DNA of 64,000 bases from a virus. Its lineage: Duplodnaviria > Heunggongvirae > Uroviricota > Caudoviricetes. Shown piece by piece: positions 25,282 through 35,229 of this stretch. The position numbers and the translations under genes are program-made. The notes under the pieces were generated by a model. That model saw only the letters and a program-made list of their open reading frames with translations, did no database searches and had not been told where the DNA came from. The DNA lies in the IMG/VR virus record IMGVR_UViG_3300027851_000011, one strand, 5' to 3'. Position 1 is the first letter of the stretch; every line of letters starts with the position of its first letter.

Positions 25282-27195
25282 ATGGGACTACCGGCTATCA
25301 TGATCGACCCGCATCGGGCTTGGCCCGAGGTGCCGTCGAAGATTCAGAGCTGTCAGGATGCCACGAGGCCGGTAGCTGTTCTCACCCTGTACGCGGCGTA
25401 CCTGCTGTCAGGTACGCCGCTGACAGGGCCGGCAGCTGACTACCCGATGGAGACGCTCACGCAGAAGCTCGAAGAGGGCTGCAAGGAACACGGCGTCGAT
25501 GTGCAGCGGGTGCTCGACTGGGCCGAATCCATCAACCTCGAATACACGACCATGACCGACCCGCTCGGTCTCGTGCCGTCGTTCCTCGAATACAAGGGCT
25601 TCACGCTCCGACCGTACCAGCACGAGTCCGCAGTCTGGTCGGCATCCAGGCTTGGCTCGATCCTGGCGCTCTCCTGTGGCGTCGGCAAGACGCTCACGGC
25701 GACCGCAGCGGCCATCGGTGCCGCCAAACTGGGCAAGTGCAGCACTGACCGCTGCTACATCTTCGCGCCGCTCAATGCCATGGGGACTTGGGAATCCTAC
25801 TGCGCTGATCTGCGCACGGTCTACAAGGACGTGAAGATTCTGTCGATCGACAGCGCACACCGCTGGACTGGGCTGCCTCGCCATCTTGGTGGCGCCATGA
25901 TCATCGACGAGCTGCACAACACGAAGGGCGAAGAGCGCCGCCGCTCGCAAGCGATAGCCAAAATCCGTGCAGCCTTCCAGTGGTGCGTCGGCCTCACTGG
26001 CACGCTGCTCCATGCAGGCCCCGAAGGCATCCTCCAGGTGCAGGACATTGTTCTGCCCGGTTCATCCCGCTTCTTCGATAAGTGGGCATTCGGCGATGCC
26101 TTCAACTGCATTGTCGAGACGAAGTTCGGCAGGCAGAAGAAGAAGTCCCTCGTCATCCCGCCCGCAGATAAGCAGGGACCGTTCTGTAGCTACATGGCTC
26201 GGTTCGTGAAGTCGCTGTCCGAGTCGTCGCCCGACGTCGCCGACGTTCTCAAGCTGCCCGGTCTGACGTCTATCGGCGTCGACACCTGGGAAGAGCCCAA
26301 GTGGATCACCGATCTCCGGGCTACCATGCTCAAAGAGAACAGTGACAACCGCGTCTGGTGGCCTGGGAACCTCACAGGCAACGCTGCTCGTCTCTATATC
26401 GGTGCTTTCACGCTCGCCCTCGCTCAGCAGATCGAGGACACCGAAGAGCCCGACAGTGAACCGACGGAAGCTGAGAAGGCCGAAGCAGAACAGTACCGTG
26501 CTGACGCTGGCATTCCGCTTGGCGTTGAAGGCGAAGGCGGTCCTGAGCTGCCGTCGCTGGCCCGCGTGCTGAGCGCGCTCCGCAAGGAAGGCATCTACGA
26601 TCGTTGCATCGTCAAGACTCTGAAGTCTGACGGCATGCCGCACTACGAGTTCCGGTACGCCAACAACGACCCGCTCGCGCCACCGATCGGCCCGAAGATC
26701 ACGTGGGTGCTCAACTGGCTGCGGGATAACCCGGATGAGCCGCTCGTCGTCGCTGCCTACCACAAGGAGACTGTTCAGCTCATCTCTGACCAGTTCACCA
26801 AGCTCGGCATCAAACACCGCATCATCCGTGGCGGGACACCGCGACAGGATCGCAAGACGTTCATCGCCGATTTCCAGGAAGGGCGTGCTCGCGTGATGCT
26901 CATGCAGCAGCGCGCTGGCTCCGAATCCATCGAACTCACACGCGCTGCGAACTCCATGCTCGTCGAGCATGCGTGGATTCCGGCGACCTACACGCAGTTC
27001 ATGGCTCGTACGTATCGCGGAGGCCAAGAGCGGCCCTGCAACCACTACGACCTCATGTTCGGCGAGTTCCAACTGCACATGGTCCGCAAGCTGATCCGTG
27101 GCGAGGGCTTCGACGCCGCCGTCCGTCAGCAGCTGGAGAACATGTGGAAGTTCCAGACCACCGTCCATAACGCCGTCCTTGGCGTAGAAGGATAG
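25282..27195 (+). CDS. Superfamily-2 helicase, SNF2-like
   Basis: Motif I SCGVGKTLT, motif II IIDELHN, motif VI QFMARTYRGGQ. Confidence 0.65.
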   Translation: MGLPAIMIDPHRAWPEVPSKIQSCQDATRPVAVLTLYAAYLLSGTPLTGPAADYPMETLTQKLEEGCKEHGVDVQRVLDWAESINLEYTTMTDPLGLVPSFLEYKGFTLRPYQHESAVWSASRLGSILALSCGVGKTLTATAAAIGAAKLGKCSTDRCYIFAPLNAMGTWESYCADLRTVYKDVKILSIDSAHRWTGLPRHLGGAMIIDELHNTKGEERRRSQAIAKIRAAFQWCVGLTGTLLHAGPEGILQVQDIVLPGSSRFFDKWAFGDAFNCIVETKFGRQKKKSLVIPPADKQGPFCSYMARFVKSLSESSPDVADVLKLPGLTSIGVDTWEEPKWITDLRATMLKENSDNRVWWPGNLTGNAARLYIGAFTLALAQQIEDTEEPDSEPTEAEKAEAEQYRADAGIPLGVEGEGGPELPSLARVLSALRKEGIYDRCIVKTLKSDGMPHYEFRYANNDPLAPPIGPKITWVLNWLRDNPDEPLVVAAYHKETVQLISDQFTKLGIKHRIIRGGTPRQDRKTFIADFQEGRARVMLMQQRAGSESIELTRAANSMLVEHAWIPATYTQFMARTYRGGQERPCNHYDLMFGEFQLHMVRKLIRGEGFDAAVRQQLENMWKFQTTVHNAVLGVEG

Positions 27196-27199
27196 TTCT

Positions 27200-27350
27200 A
27201 TGAGCGACAAGCAATGGGGACATGGCTACAACACCGGCAAGGCCGAAGCCGAGAAGAAGGCTGAGGCTGTCATCGTCGTCGTAGCAGCCGCAGCGGTTGC
27301 CGTCGGCGTCGCCGGCAAGTGGGCCTATGACAAGTGGATCAAGAAGTGAA
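27200..27350 (+). CDS. Small membrane peptide (about 50 aa)
   Basis: Translates MSDKQWGHGYNTGKAEAEKKAEAVIVVVAAAAVAVGVAGKWAYDKWIKK. Below the ORF-track cutoff. Confidence 0.3.
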
Positions 27351-27618
27351 GCACATCAACGTCTACCACACGGATCGTGAGCGCTTCACGGTCAGCGGCT
27401 TCGGCGACGTCCGCACCTACAAGTACGTCGAAGATCTCGCAGAAGCCCTGCTGTTCATCAAGGGGATGATCAGCGGGTCGGCTGAGCAGGACGATGATGT
27501 CATCGTCTATGTTGATCAGCACCGCGAGGGAAACGACTACAAGAGCTGCGCTGGCTATGACTCGACGGACATCGCACTCATGATCGGCGAGATGCGGGAG
27601 GCGCGCAATAATGGCTAA
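27346..27618 (+). CDS. Hypothetical small protein
   Basis: GTG at 27346 overlaps the upstream TGA (GTGA). The ORF track lists 27334..27618. Confidence 0.35.
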   Translation: MKHINVYHTDRERFTVSGFGDVRTYKYVEDLAEALLFIKGMISGSAEQDDDVIVYVDQHREGNDYKSCAGYDSTDIALMIGEMREARNNG

Positions 27619-28081
27619 ACGTAAGACGAAGGATGCCGTCGAAGAAGTCGTTGAGAACGATTGGAAGCTCGCGGAAGGCAGTGATGGCCCGTTCAAGGCC
27701 AGCATCTCGCGCGTCCGCTGCAATCCATACCGCTATGGACCGAGCGGTGACATTGACTTTCAGGTCGAACTCCTGTTCGACAGCGGGAATGGCACAGAAG
27801 GCATGAAGCCGCTCCCGTTCTACATGGACTGGTCGTCAATAAAGCCAGCGCCAACGGTCAGCGACATCATCGACTTCATGGTCACCAAGATTGTCGCTGT
27901 CGGCGCTTCAGCAGAGGCTAAGGCCCTCCCGATCCAGGCGCCTGGGAACGACAAGTGGGAGCGCTGGTTCCATGTTCGTCACTGCAAACGACTGACGTCA
28001 GAGTTCAAAACCATGATTGGCGATGACATGTTCAGCGCCATCGCAGCACCGGATGTGCCCAATGAGCCAGCAAGCACCTGA
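27611..28081 (+). CDS. Hypothetical protein
   Basis: 156 aa ORF. Confidence 0.45.
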   Translation: MAKRKTKDAVEEVVENDWKLAEGSDGPFKASISRVRCNPYRYGPSGDIDFQVELLFDSGNGTEGMKPLPFYMDWSSIKPAPTVSDIIDFMVTKIVAVGASAEAKALPIQAPGNDKWERWFHVRHCKRLTSEFKTMIGDDMFSAIAAPDVPNEPAST

Positions 28082-28427
28082 TGACGAAAAGACCTCGCTC
28101 TTCGAGATCGAGGTTGCACCACTGCTGACCAAGGCCGCTGCCATCTGCAAAAAGCACAACATCAGCTTCGCGGCCTTCGTCGAGCTGACCAACAACACGG
28201 CCGAAGCCAGCTACTACACAAAGGATATGACCTTTGCGTTCCAACTCGGCGCTCTGGCTTTCCGGTGCGGCGGCAACATCGACGCTCTGACCGTGAAGCT
28301 GATCGAGATCGCCAAGAAGAACGGACACAAGTCTGCATACCTGAAGGCCCTCGGGATTCCTGAGGTGCCTGAAGCACCGACTGTACCACCTGTACCACCT
28401 GACACATCCAACACCACAGGACCATGA
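28062..28427 (+). CDS. Hypothetical protein
   Basis: In-frame Met within ORF 28017..28427. Start is uncertain. Confidence 0.35.
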   Translation: MSQQAPDDEKTSLFEIEVAPLLTKAAAICKKHNISFAAFVELTNNTAEASYYTKDMTFAFQLGALAFRCGGNIDALTVKLIEIAKKNGHKSAYLKALGIPEVPEAPTVPPVPPDTSNTTGP

Positions 28428-28918
28428 CCATGTTCAACACACACCAGTTCATGATGCCGATCACGCCCGACGATCCCGACGGCTATGGACTGATCCCCGA
28501 ACACACGCTGTACTCGCTGCGCATGTACATCGCCGAGGGGCAACCCCTCGGCGGCTTTCTCGAAAAGGTCGTCTCTGGTGACGCGACGAGAGCGTCGACT
28601 GACGCCGACCTCGAAAACAAGCGAGGCTTCCACGCTATCTGTCGCTGGATCGCAGTCCGTGCTCCGATGTGCTGCTATGGCAGCGCCTTCAAGTACGACC
28701 TGTGGCTCACTATCGGCGGCCTGAAGCACTATGCCGAGTACGACGCTGCTCGCATGGGACGCGCGAGTGATCTCGATCCCGAGATCATCGAGCGGCTGCG
28801 TCGGCTGCATGCCGACTATGCCAAGAAGTTCCGCGAGCAAGCCCAGGAACACACTGACTGGCAGATGCAGCTCGGCATGAGCAAGACGGCTGTTCCTGAG
28901 GTGGCCCATGGGCGGTAA
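28424..28918 (+). CDS. Hypothetical protein
   Basis: 164 aa ORF. Confidence 0.45.
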   Translation: MTMFNTHQFMMPITPDDPDGYGLIPEHTLYSLRMYIAEGQPLGGFLEKVVSGDATRASTDADLENKRGFHAICRWIAVRAPMCCYGSAFKYDLWLTIGGLKHYAEYDAARMGRASDLDPEIIERLRRLHADYAKKFREQAQEHTDWQMQLGMSKTAVPEVAHGR

Positions 28919-29948
28919 TGCTCTCGCCCACCTCGGTGTCGGCAGAGCCGACACCAGGACCGTGATCAACCTCTACAACCGGATCTGCCGGCTCGGCGCC
29001 CTCTACGGGATGCGACTGCATCTCGTTCCGTGGGTCGAAGAGAAGGATGACCATGGTGACATCGACGTGCTCACCGACTACGTCCCAGGTGGCGTGGCGT
29101 GCTTCATGAAGCACAACTTCGGAATCGCTGAGAACGAGATGAGCACCAACGGCAACGTCATCAGCGTGGCCGTGCCATACGATTCCAAGCTGAAGATCCA
29201 GGTCGATTTCATCACGACGCCAGACGAGGACATGCCGTTCTCGATGTTCTACTATGCTGGCGGCGACCTCGGCTCGCTCGTTGGTCGCATCGCGGCTGCA
29301 AAGGGTTATACCTTCGCGACCAACGGCTTCCGACTGCGTGCTGATCATGAACGCGGGATTCTCGAAGACATCAAGCTCCCGGTGAAGATGGTGCGGGCGC
29401 TGGATCTGCTTGGCTTCAAGACGATGCCAGATGCTGAGACGTTCAAGACGTACCACAACATGTGGACCTACGTCATGTCGTCAGAGCTGGTGCACCCGGC
29501 GATGTTCATGCCGGACGCGACGAACTCTGAGAATCGCAGCCGCGACAAGCAGCGGCGGATGATCGGCAAGTTCCAGGACTGGATTCGCAGCCAGTATCCC
29601 GATGACTGCGAGAAGCTCGGTGACTACCAGCGCTTCACCGGCGCTGAACGCCTGCACTGCATGCCCGAGGATCTGAGCACGCATGCTCAGAAGGTTCTGG
29701 CACAGCGCGAACGCGACGAAGAGAACCGTGCAGGACGCTCTGCCTGTTATGGCCGAAAGGCCGTGTTCGAAGTCTTTGGAACACTCAGCAATGAAGACAT
29801 GGGAGCTATCATCCGTGAGATGCAGCCGCTGCTGCCGACCAAGAATGACCGCGAGGATCTATGGAAGCTGAACAAGGACATGGCACTGATGCTGTCGAAG
29901 AATGCAGCGCGAGCCGCTGGACTCAAACTCGGGTTCAATCCGCGCTAG
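28908..29948 (+). CDS. Hypothetical protein, possible nucleotidyltransferase-fold enzyme
   Basis: 346 aa. HLGVG...DDHGDIDVL loosely resembles the Pol-beta-like NTase G[SG]...DxD pattern. Weak call. Confidence 0.4.
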   Translation: MGGNALAHLGVGRADTRTVINLYNRICRLGALYGMRLHLVPWVEEKDDHGDIDVLTDYVPGGVACFMKHNFGIAENEMSTNGNVISVAVPYDSKLKIQVDFITTPDEDMPFSMFYYAGGDLGSLVGRIAAAKGYTFATNGFRLRADHERGILEDIKLPVKMVRALDLLGFKTMPDAETFKTYHNMWTYVMSSELVHPAMFMPDATNSENRSRDKQRRMIGKFQDWIRSQYPDDCEKLGDYQRFTGAERLHCMPEDLSTHAQKVLAQRERDEENRAGRSACYGRKAVFEVFGTLSNEDMGAIIREMQPLLPTKNDREDLWKLNKDMALMLSKNAARAAGLKLGFNPR

Positions 29949-29959
29949 ACGAAGCACAG

Positions 29960-30451
29960 AACGCGTACCTGCCGCTGGTTCGTTTCCGATTCCTCGGTAA
30001 CGGCCACGCGGCAGGTGTCACCGGGCACATGCACATATCGTGGGATCCAGACGCTGAAGTCTGGACCATCAAGTATTGGCGAAAAGCTGATGCGATGCAT
30101 GAGTTCGACGAAGGCAGCGAGCCACACGATGGCGGCGCACGTTTCGTCGAACAGCTCGGAACGTTCTGGAGTGAATGGCGACAGAAACAGCAGGCTGCCA
30201 TCGACGACAACTACAAGCGGTCACGGGTTCTCAAGCCAGACGACAAGTTCGTCCGTCCTGGGTTCCGCCCGATACCGCTGTGGAAGAACTGGCAGGAGTA
30301 TGAGCGCGGCGTCGTGAAAGAAGCTGCTCTCATTGAACAAGACGTGCAAGCAACTCTCGCCAAGCTCTGGCGAGGGAAGTGGTGCGTCGAAGAACCCAAG
30401 CTGACGATCCCACAACTCGTGTTCCTCAACCCATGGGGACAGAAAGGCTGA
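29960..30451 (+). CDS. Hypothetical protein (start uncertain)
   Basis: ORF 29861..30451 overlaps the upstream gene. The true start is probably just after 29948. Confidence 0.35.
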   Translation, partial: NAYLPLVRFRFLGNGHAAGVTGHMHISWDPDAEVWTIKYWRKADAMHEFDEGSEPHDGGARFVEQLGTFWSEWRQKQQAAIDDNYKRSRVLKPDDKFVRPGFRPIPLWKNWQEYERGVVKEAALIEQDVQATLAKLWRGKWCVEEPKLTIPQLVFLNPWGQKG

Positions 30452-30452
30452 G

Positions 30453-30638
30453 ATGGCTGACAAGACGTTCAAGATCAAGCTCACCAACCCCGACGGCGCC
30501 AAGACTGGGTGCCGGTTCATGACCCTGAGCATCAAGGCAGCCGATCGCAAGACAGCGCAGGCTGTGGCTCTGGCGCATGCGCACAAGACGAACCCCGTCT
30601 GGCGCCTGCACGACGACGACGAGCAGCAGAAGTCATGA
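30453..30638 (+). CDS. Hypothetical small protein
   Basis: 61 aa ORF. Confidence 0.4.
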   Translation: MADKTFKIKLTNPDGAKTGCRFMTLSIKAADRKTAQAVALAHAHKTNPVWRLHDDDEQQKS

Positions 30639-31021
30639 TCTACGATCCGAACAAGCCGATCTTCATTCTCGTGCTGAACCCCATGCAGGGGAACACCGAG
30701 AACCGCTGCATCGTGGCCTGGAGCCACAGCAAGGAGGCTCTCGAAGCCTTCTGTGCAGCAGAGACTGTCGAGCCGTACCGTGACGATGGCCCCGACGCCT
30801 TCGAGCGCGGCGCCTCGAAGAGCTACTACAAGACCTACCGCAAGGGCGGGCCTCTGGAGTGGTTCAACCGGCACGATGATCCGATCTATTGTGGCGAGAA
30901 CCACGATCAGGGCGGCATCATCGAACAGCTCCCACTCGCAACCATTCGTGCGCAAGCCGCAGACGCTGCGGAGATGCGCTACGACAACTGGCTCAACCAG
31001 GGCCAGTACATCTCAGGCTGA
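30635..31021 (+). CDS. Hypothetical protein
   Basis: ATG at 30635 overlaps the upstream stop (ATGA) and gives MIYDPNKPIFILV... Confidence 0.45.
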   Translation: MIYDPNKPIFILVLNPMQGNTENRCIVAWSHSKEALEAFCAAETVEPYRDDGPDAFERGASKSYYKTYRKGGPLEWFNRHDDPIYCGENHDQGGIIEQLPLATIRAQAADAAEMRYDNWLNQGQYISG

Positions 31022-31030
31022 AAGGAGCCA

Positions 31031-31285
31031 ATGCGCAACATCCTCATGTTCGTGCTGATCTTTGTCCCGCTTCTCATCGGCATCCTGGTGGTCTACACCA
31101 AGATGTTCAAGAAGCATGCACTGCCGCCGGAGGCCCCGAAGCCGCCGACGCGCCACGACGAGCTGCTGAAGCTGCGTGCTGAACTCAACCAGAAGCTGAC
31201 CGAGCTGTCGGACGAGAAGGAGATCCGTGATCTCCGGTATCGCCTGAACGAAGTCGAGCGACAGATCACGTCCAGCGGTTTGTAG
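31031..31285 (+). CDS. Small membrane protein with C-terminal coiled coil
   Basis: A TMD ILMFVLIFVPLLIGILVVY is followed by a charged helix. Lies directly upstream of the SPFH gene. Confidence 0.45.
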   Translation: MRNILMFVLIFVPLLIGILVVYTKMFKKHALPPEAPKPPTRHDELLKLRAELNQKLTELSDEKEIRDLRYRLNEVERQITSSGL

Positions 31286-31435
31286 CCCGTGGCTACGAAC
31301 AGAGGCCCAGACGGGCGCTTCAAGTCGGGGGCCAACTGGCCCTTCGACGAAGGCCCTGTGCGGCGATCGCCGCCACGGCCACCACAACCACCTGAGCCGC
31401 CACCCTGGCGGCCTCATCGTCCCGAAAGGACACCC

Positions 31436-32719
31436 ATGGAACTGTCAGGCAAGGCCCTCATCTTCATCATTGGAGTCATACTCTCCATCATCGCCGCGTT
31501 CGTGGTGACCACGAACATGTACGAGTACGTCGATGCGGGTACTTACCACATCACCCAGTCCCCGTTCGGCAGCTCAGTGCGTGCACAGATGCAGCCCGGA
31601 TCGTACCAGCAGAACTTCCACAACATCACGGTGTGGCCTGTCGGCGAGTCCTACGAGTTCACCGATCCTGACAAGGACGGCCCGCAGGACGATCGCATCA
31701 CCGTCACCTTCAATGACGGTGCGACCGCTCAGCTGTCCGGCACCATCCGCATCGACCTTCCCCGTTCGGAGAAGGAAGCTGTGGATCTCGTCGTGGATCA
31801 CGGCTTCCGCACGTTCGATCAGCTCGAATCCAAGCTGATTCTGCGGTCACTGCGCAACGCGCTGAACATGACGGCCAACCTGATGAGCAGCCGCGACTCG
31901 TACAGCGAGCGCCGTGCTGACTTCCTCCGGCTGGCAAAGGATCAGATCGAGAACGGCGTCTACGTCACCAAGGACGAAGCCGTCAAGGAGACCGATCCCG
32001 TCAGCGGCCAGGAAGTCACCAGGATCAAGAAGGTCCCGGTGGTCGACAAGGACGGCAAGCCGCAGCGCGAACCGAGCCCGTTCACCCAGTTCGGCCTCCG
32101 TGCCTACGGCCTGGAGATCAAGGACTGGCACTACGAGGAACGCGTCGTCAACCAGATGAAGGCCCAGCAGGAAGCCGTGATGGCTGTTCAGACCGCGAAG
32201 GCCAAGAGCCTTCAGGCCGAGCAGGAAGCCAAGACCATCAAGGCACAGGGCGAGGCCAAGGTGATGACGGTCAAGTACGAAGCCGAGCAGGTGAAGGAGA
32301 AGGATACGGTCAACGCACAGCGTGAAGCCGCCGTCGCCAACATCGCTGCTCAGAAGGAAGTCGACGTCGCCAAGCTCGGTGCCGAGCAGGCCAAGGTCAA
32401 GGGCGAGCAGCTCAAGATGGTCGCGCAGTTGGAACTGGATGCTGCGAAGCTCCAGGCCGCTCGCACGCTGGAGCTGGCGCAGGCCGAAGCCAAGAGCCGC
32501 GAGCTGATCCTCGCTGCTGACGGCGCGCTCGACAAGAAGCTCGAAGCATTCAAGGATGTGAACGCGAAGTGGGCTGACGCCTATGCTCGCCAGAACGTCC
32601 CTGGTGTGATGATGGGCGGTGCTGGCCGTGACAGCGCTGCAACGGTGATGGACTTCATCGGCATCAAGGCAGCCAAGGAGATGGCCCTCGATCCGCACGT
32701 CCAGGCGCCGAAGAAGTAA
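31436..32719 (+). CDS. SPFH/band-7 (prohibitin/flotillin/HflKC-like) membrane protein
   Basis: N-terminal TMD ALIFIIGVILSIIAAFVV, then a globular domain and a long Ala/Glu/Lys-rich coiled coil. The Pro-rich N-terminal extension in ORF 31289 is probably not translated. Confidence 0.55.
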   Translation: MELSGKALIFIIGVILSIIAAFVVTTNMYEYVDAGTYHITQSPFGSSVRAQMQPGSYQQNFHNITVWPVGESYEFTDPDKDGPQDDRITVTFNDGATAQLSGTIRIDLPRSEKEAVDLVVDHGFRTFDQLESKLILRSLRNALNMTANLMSSRDSYSERRADFLRLAKDQIENGVYVTKDEAVKETDPVSGQEVTRIKKVPVVDKDGKPQREPSPFTQFGLRAYGLEIKDWHYEERVVNQMKAQQEAVMAVQTAKAKSLQAEQEAKTIKAQGEAKVMTVKYEAEQVKEKDTVNAQREAAVANIAAQKEVDVAKLGAEQAKVKGEQLKMVAQLELDAAKLQAARTLELAQAEAKSRELILAADGALDKKLEAFKDVNAKWADAYARQNVPGVMMGGAGRDSAATVMDFIGIKAAKEMALDPHVQAPKK

Positions 32720-32728
32720 CAACAACGG

Positions 32729-32764
32729 CGCCGGCAGTGAAAGCTGCCGGCGCCACCTTTTCCA
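32729..32764 (+). terminator. Rho-independent terminator
   Basis: GGCGCCGGCAG-tgaaa-GCTGCCGGCGCC followed by ACCTTTTCC. Confidence 0.55.
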
Positions 32765-32772
32765 AGGACAAC

Positions 32773-33336
32773 ATGAGAATCTACCTCGACATGGACGGTG
32801 TGATCGCGAACTGGGTGAACGGCGTCATGTCAGCCTTCAACATGAAGGATGTCGACGAAGCCAACTTCACCAACTCGCGCGTCGATGACTACCTCGGCTA
32901 CAGCTACCGCCAGTTCTGGGACATTCTCAACCTGAAGGGCGAGAGCTTCTGGACTGGGCTGAAGCGATACCCGTGGAGCGACGCTGTCGTCGACATCTGC
33001 CACTCGTTCGATCCCAGCTTCCGTTTTCTGACCTCGCCGTCCGAGAGCCCGCTGGCCTGTTCGGGCAAGCTGAAGTGGCTGCAAGCCTACTACCCAGAGC
33101 ATGCCAATCGCTACATCTTCACCAAGCGCAAGGAAGACCTCAGCGGCCCTGGCCGTGTGCTCATCGACGACAGCGAGCACTACGAGGACGACTGGGCTGA
33201 AGCCGGCGGCTGCTTCATCCTGTTTCCACGGCCCTGGAACCGGCTGCGTGCCAACGCTGACCCAAACGAGATGGTCTTCTATCTGCGCGCACACCTGCGT
33301 GCGCACGACGACCGCATCAGCGGCGTGAAGCTGTGA
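32773..33336 (+). CDS. HAD-superfamily 5'(3')-deoxyribonucleotidase-like
   Basis: MRIYLDMDGVIANW carries the DxDGV motif I and resembles the NT5C family N-terminus. The start lies downstream of the terminator. Confidence 0.55.
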   Translation: MRIYLDMDGVIANWVNGVMSAFNMKDVDEANFTNSRVDDYLGYSYRQFWDILNLKGESFWTGLKRYPWSDAVVDICHSFDPSFRFLTSPSESPLACSGKLKWLQAYYPEHANRYIFTKRKEDLSGPGRVLIDDSEHYEDDWAEAGGCFILFPRPWNRLRANADPNEMVFYLRAHLRAHDDRISGVKL

Positions 33337-33569
33337 GCGAAGAGATAGACCCTGAAGATGTCTTCACAGCGCTACGACGGCCCATGCCGCCACGGAGCGT
33401 CTCGAAGAACGACATCATGTCGCTGACGCGCAAGATGCACAGCCTGCAACAACTCGGCCTCGATTATGTCAATCGTGGCAATGGAGACGACTACATGCTC
33501 CGCGTGGAGATGCTCGGCCTCCAACAACACCTCGAAGAGATCCTGAAACGATCGGAGAAACCCAAGTGA
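33333..33569 (+). CDS. Hypothetical small protein
   Basis: 78 aa ORF. Confidence 0.4.
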   Translation: MSEEIDPEDVFTALRRPMPPRSVSKNDIMSLTRKMHSLQQLGLDYVNRGNGDDYMLRVEMLGLQQHLEEILKRSEKPK

Positions 33570-34660
33570 ACACTCTCACCGACCCGGTGACCGGCGACCA
33601 GATGGTCGACGTCCTCGCTACCATCGCGCCTGAGCTGCTGAACCAGAAGTGCCTGGACCACGGCTTCGTCAAGATCCTGGACTGCATGCCGCGCCTCGTG
33701 CCGCTGCCAAAGGTCGACGGCGGAGGCCCCAACGACAACGGCGTGCCGTCCTGCGACTTTGCCATCGCTGACGCCGCTCGCATCAGCTACCAGAAGGGCA
33801 CCCGCAAGGTCAGCGCTGATGCTGGCCTGATCGACCACCTCATCCGCAACCAACACACCAGCCCAATCGAGATGGGCGAGCTGAAGTTCCACATCCGTCT
33901 GCCGATCTTCGTGATGCGGCAGCACGTGCGTCACCGCACGGCGAGCCTGAACGAAGAGTCCGCGCGCTACAGTGAGCTGGCCTCTGACTTCTACATCCCG
34001 GATGCCAAGGACTGGGCGCTGAACACGGCAGCTGACAAGCAGGCAACCGTCAAGTACAGCATCTCGCCGCTCCAGGCGCAGTGCCTGCACGACATGCTGA
34101 AGAAGCACAACGACCTGTCCTACAGCCTCTACCAGCAGTTCCTCGAAGGGTCGCTCGACGGCGAACTCGGCGATTCGCGCTATGGCGGTTCCAGCAACGC
34201 GCAGCCGTTCAACGGCCAGAGCCCGCTCGATCAGCTGCTCGCCAAGGTGCCGATCGCCCGAGAGCAGGCCCGTGCCGTGCTCGGCGTCAACATCTACACG
34301 CAGTGCGTGTGGAAGATCGACCTGAAGAACATGCTGCACTACCTGAAGCTGCGCACCGACAAGCATGCCCAGTACGAGATCCGCGTCTTCGCCGACGCCA
34401 TGGCCCGTGTGGTCGACGCCCTGTTCCCGCGCAGCTGGGAGAGCCACAAGGACAACTTCATCGACGGGGTGAACTTCTCCGGCAAGGAGCTGATCGTCCT
34501 CAACGGCATACTCAACGGCTTCGAACTCAACGCTGTGACGAGCAGCGGGTGGACCAAGCGCCGCTTCGACGAGTTCGCTGGCAAGCTGCGCCGCAGCAAG
34601 CTGGTGAGCGACGAGAAGATCGTCAACATCATCCACGAAGTCTGGCCGTCGGCAGTCTAA
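33566..34660 (+). CDS. thyX: Flavin-dependent thymidylate synthase ThyX
   Basis: ThyX signature RHRTASLNEESARY (RHR-x7-S). Confidence 0.8.
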   Translation: MNTLTDPVTGDQMVDVLATIAPELLNQKCLDHGFVKILDCMPRLVPLPKVDGGGPNDNGVPSCDFAIADAARISYQKGTRKVSADAGLIDHLIRNQHTSPIEMGELKFHIRLPIFVMRQHVRHRTASLNEESARYSELASDFYIPDAKDWALNTAADKQATVKYSISPLQAQCLHDMLKKHNDLSYSLYQQFLEGSLDGELGDSRYGGSSNAQPFNGQSPLDQLLAKVPIAREQARAVLGVNIYTQCVWKIDLKNMLHYLKLRTDKHAQYEIRVFADAMARVVDALFPRSWESHKDNFIDGVNFSGKELIVLNGILNGFELNAVTSSGWTKRRFDEFAGKLRRSKLVSDEKIVNIIHEVWPSAV

Positions 34661-35229
34661 TGGCTAACAACTACATGCTGTCGTCGTCGAGCATCGACAT
34701 CGGCGGCGCCGACCAGAACGCGATCCTGGCTGCTATGATCATGATCGAGAAGGCTCACGAACTCTACGGGACTGGCGACCCGGACGACAAGTCCGTCGAC
34801 GATGTCGATGCGTTCATTAAGAGCCTCGAACCTCCCGGCGACAAGCCGCTCCTGTTCGACAACCTCGACACGAAGAAGCGCGCTCAGCGCGTCATGAAGG
34901 TCGTGAAGAGCTGGAAGCTCGAATGGGAATACCTCGGATTCGACTGGCAGCTCGACGCCAAAGACATCTGGGTGAAGGCTGACGAGAGCATCGACGTCGA
35001 CTCTGCTGTCCGCTGCCTCCAGCTCCTGGCTACCGTCGTTCCCGAGATGCAGTCAGCTGCGCCCTGGTACATGACCTGGGCGTGCACGTGCTCCAAGATG
35101 CGCGTCGACGAGTTCGACGGTGGCGCTGTCGTGTTCACGCACCGCCGCGCCAAGTGGATGAACTCAAGCAGCTGGGCGAGCCGCACCGTCGAACAGTTCA
35201 AGAAGCAGATGAAGAAGGGAAAGAAGTAG
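34660..35229 (+). CDS. Hypothetical protein
   Basis: TAATG overlap with thyX, giving MANNYMLSSSSIDIGG... Confidence 0.45.
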   Translation: MANNYMLSSSSIDIGGADQNAILAAMIMIEKAHELYGTGDPDDKSVDDVDAFIKSLEPPGDKPLLFDNLDTKKRAQRVMKVVKSWKLEWEYLGFDWQLDAKDIWVKADESIDVDSAVRCLQLLATVVPEMQSAAPWYMTWACTCSKMRVDEFDGGAVVFTHRRAKWMNSSSWASRTVEQFKKQMKKGKK

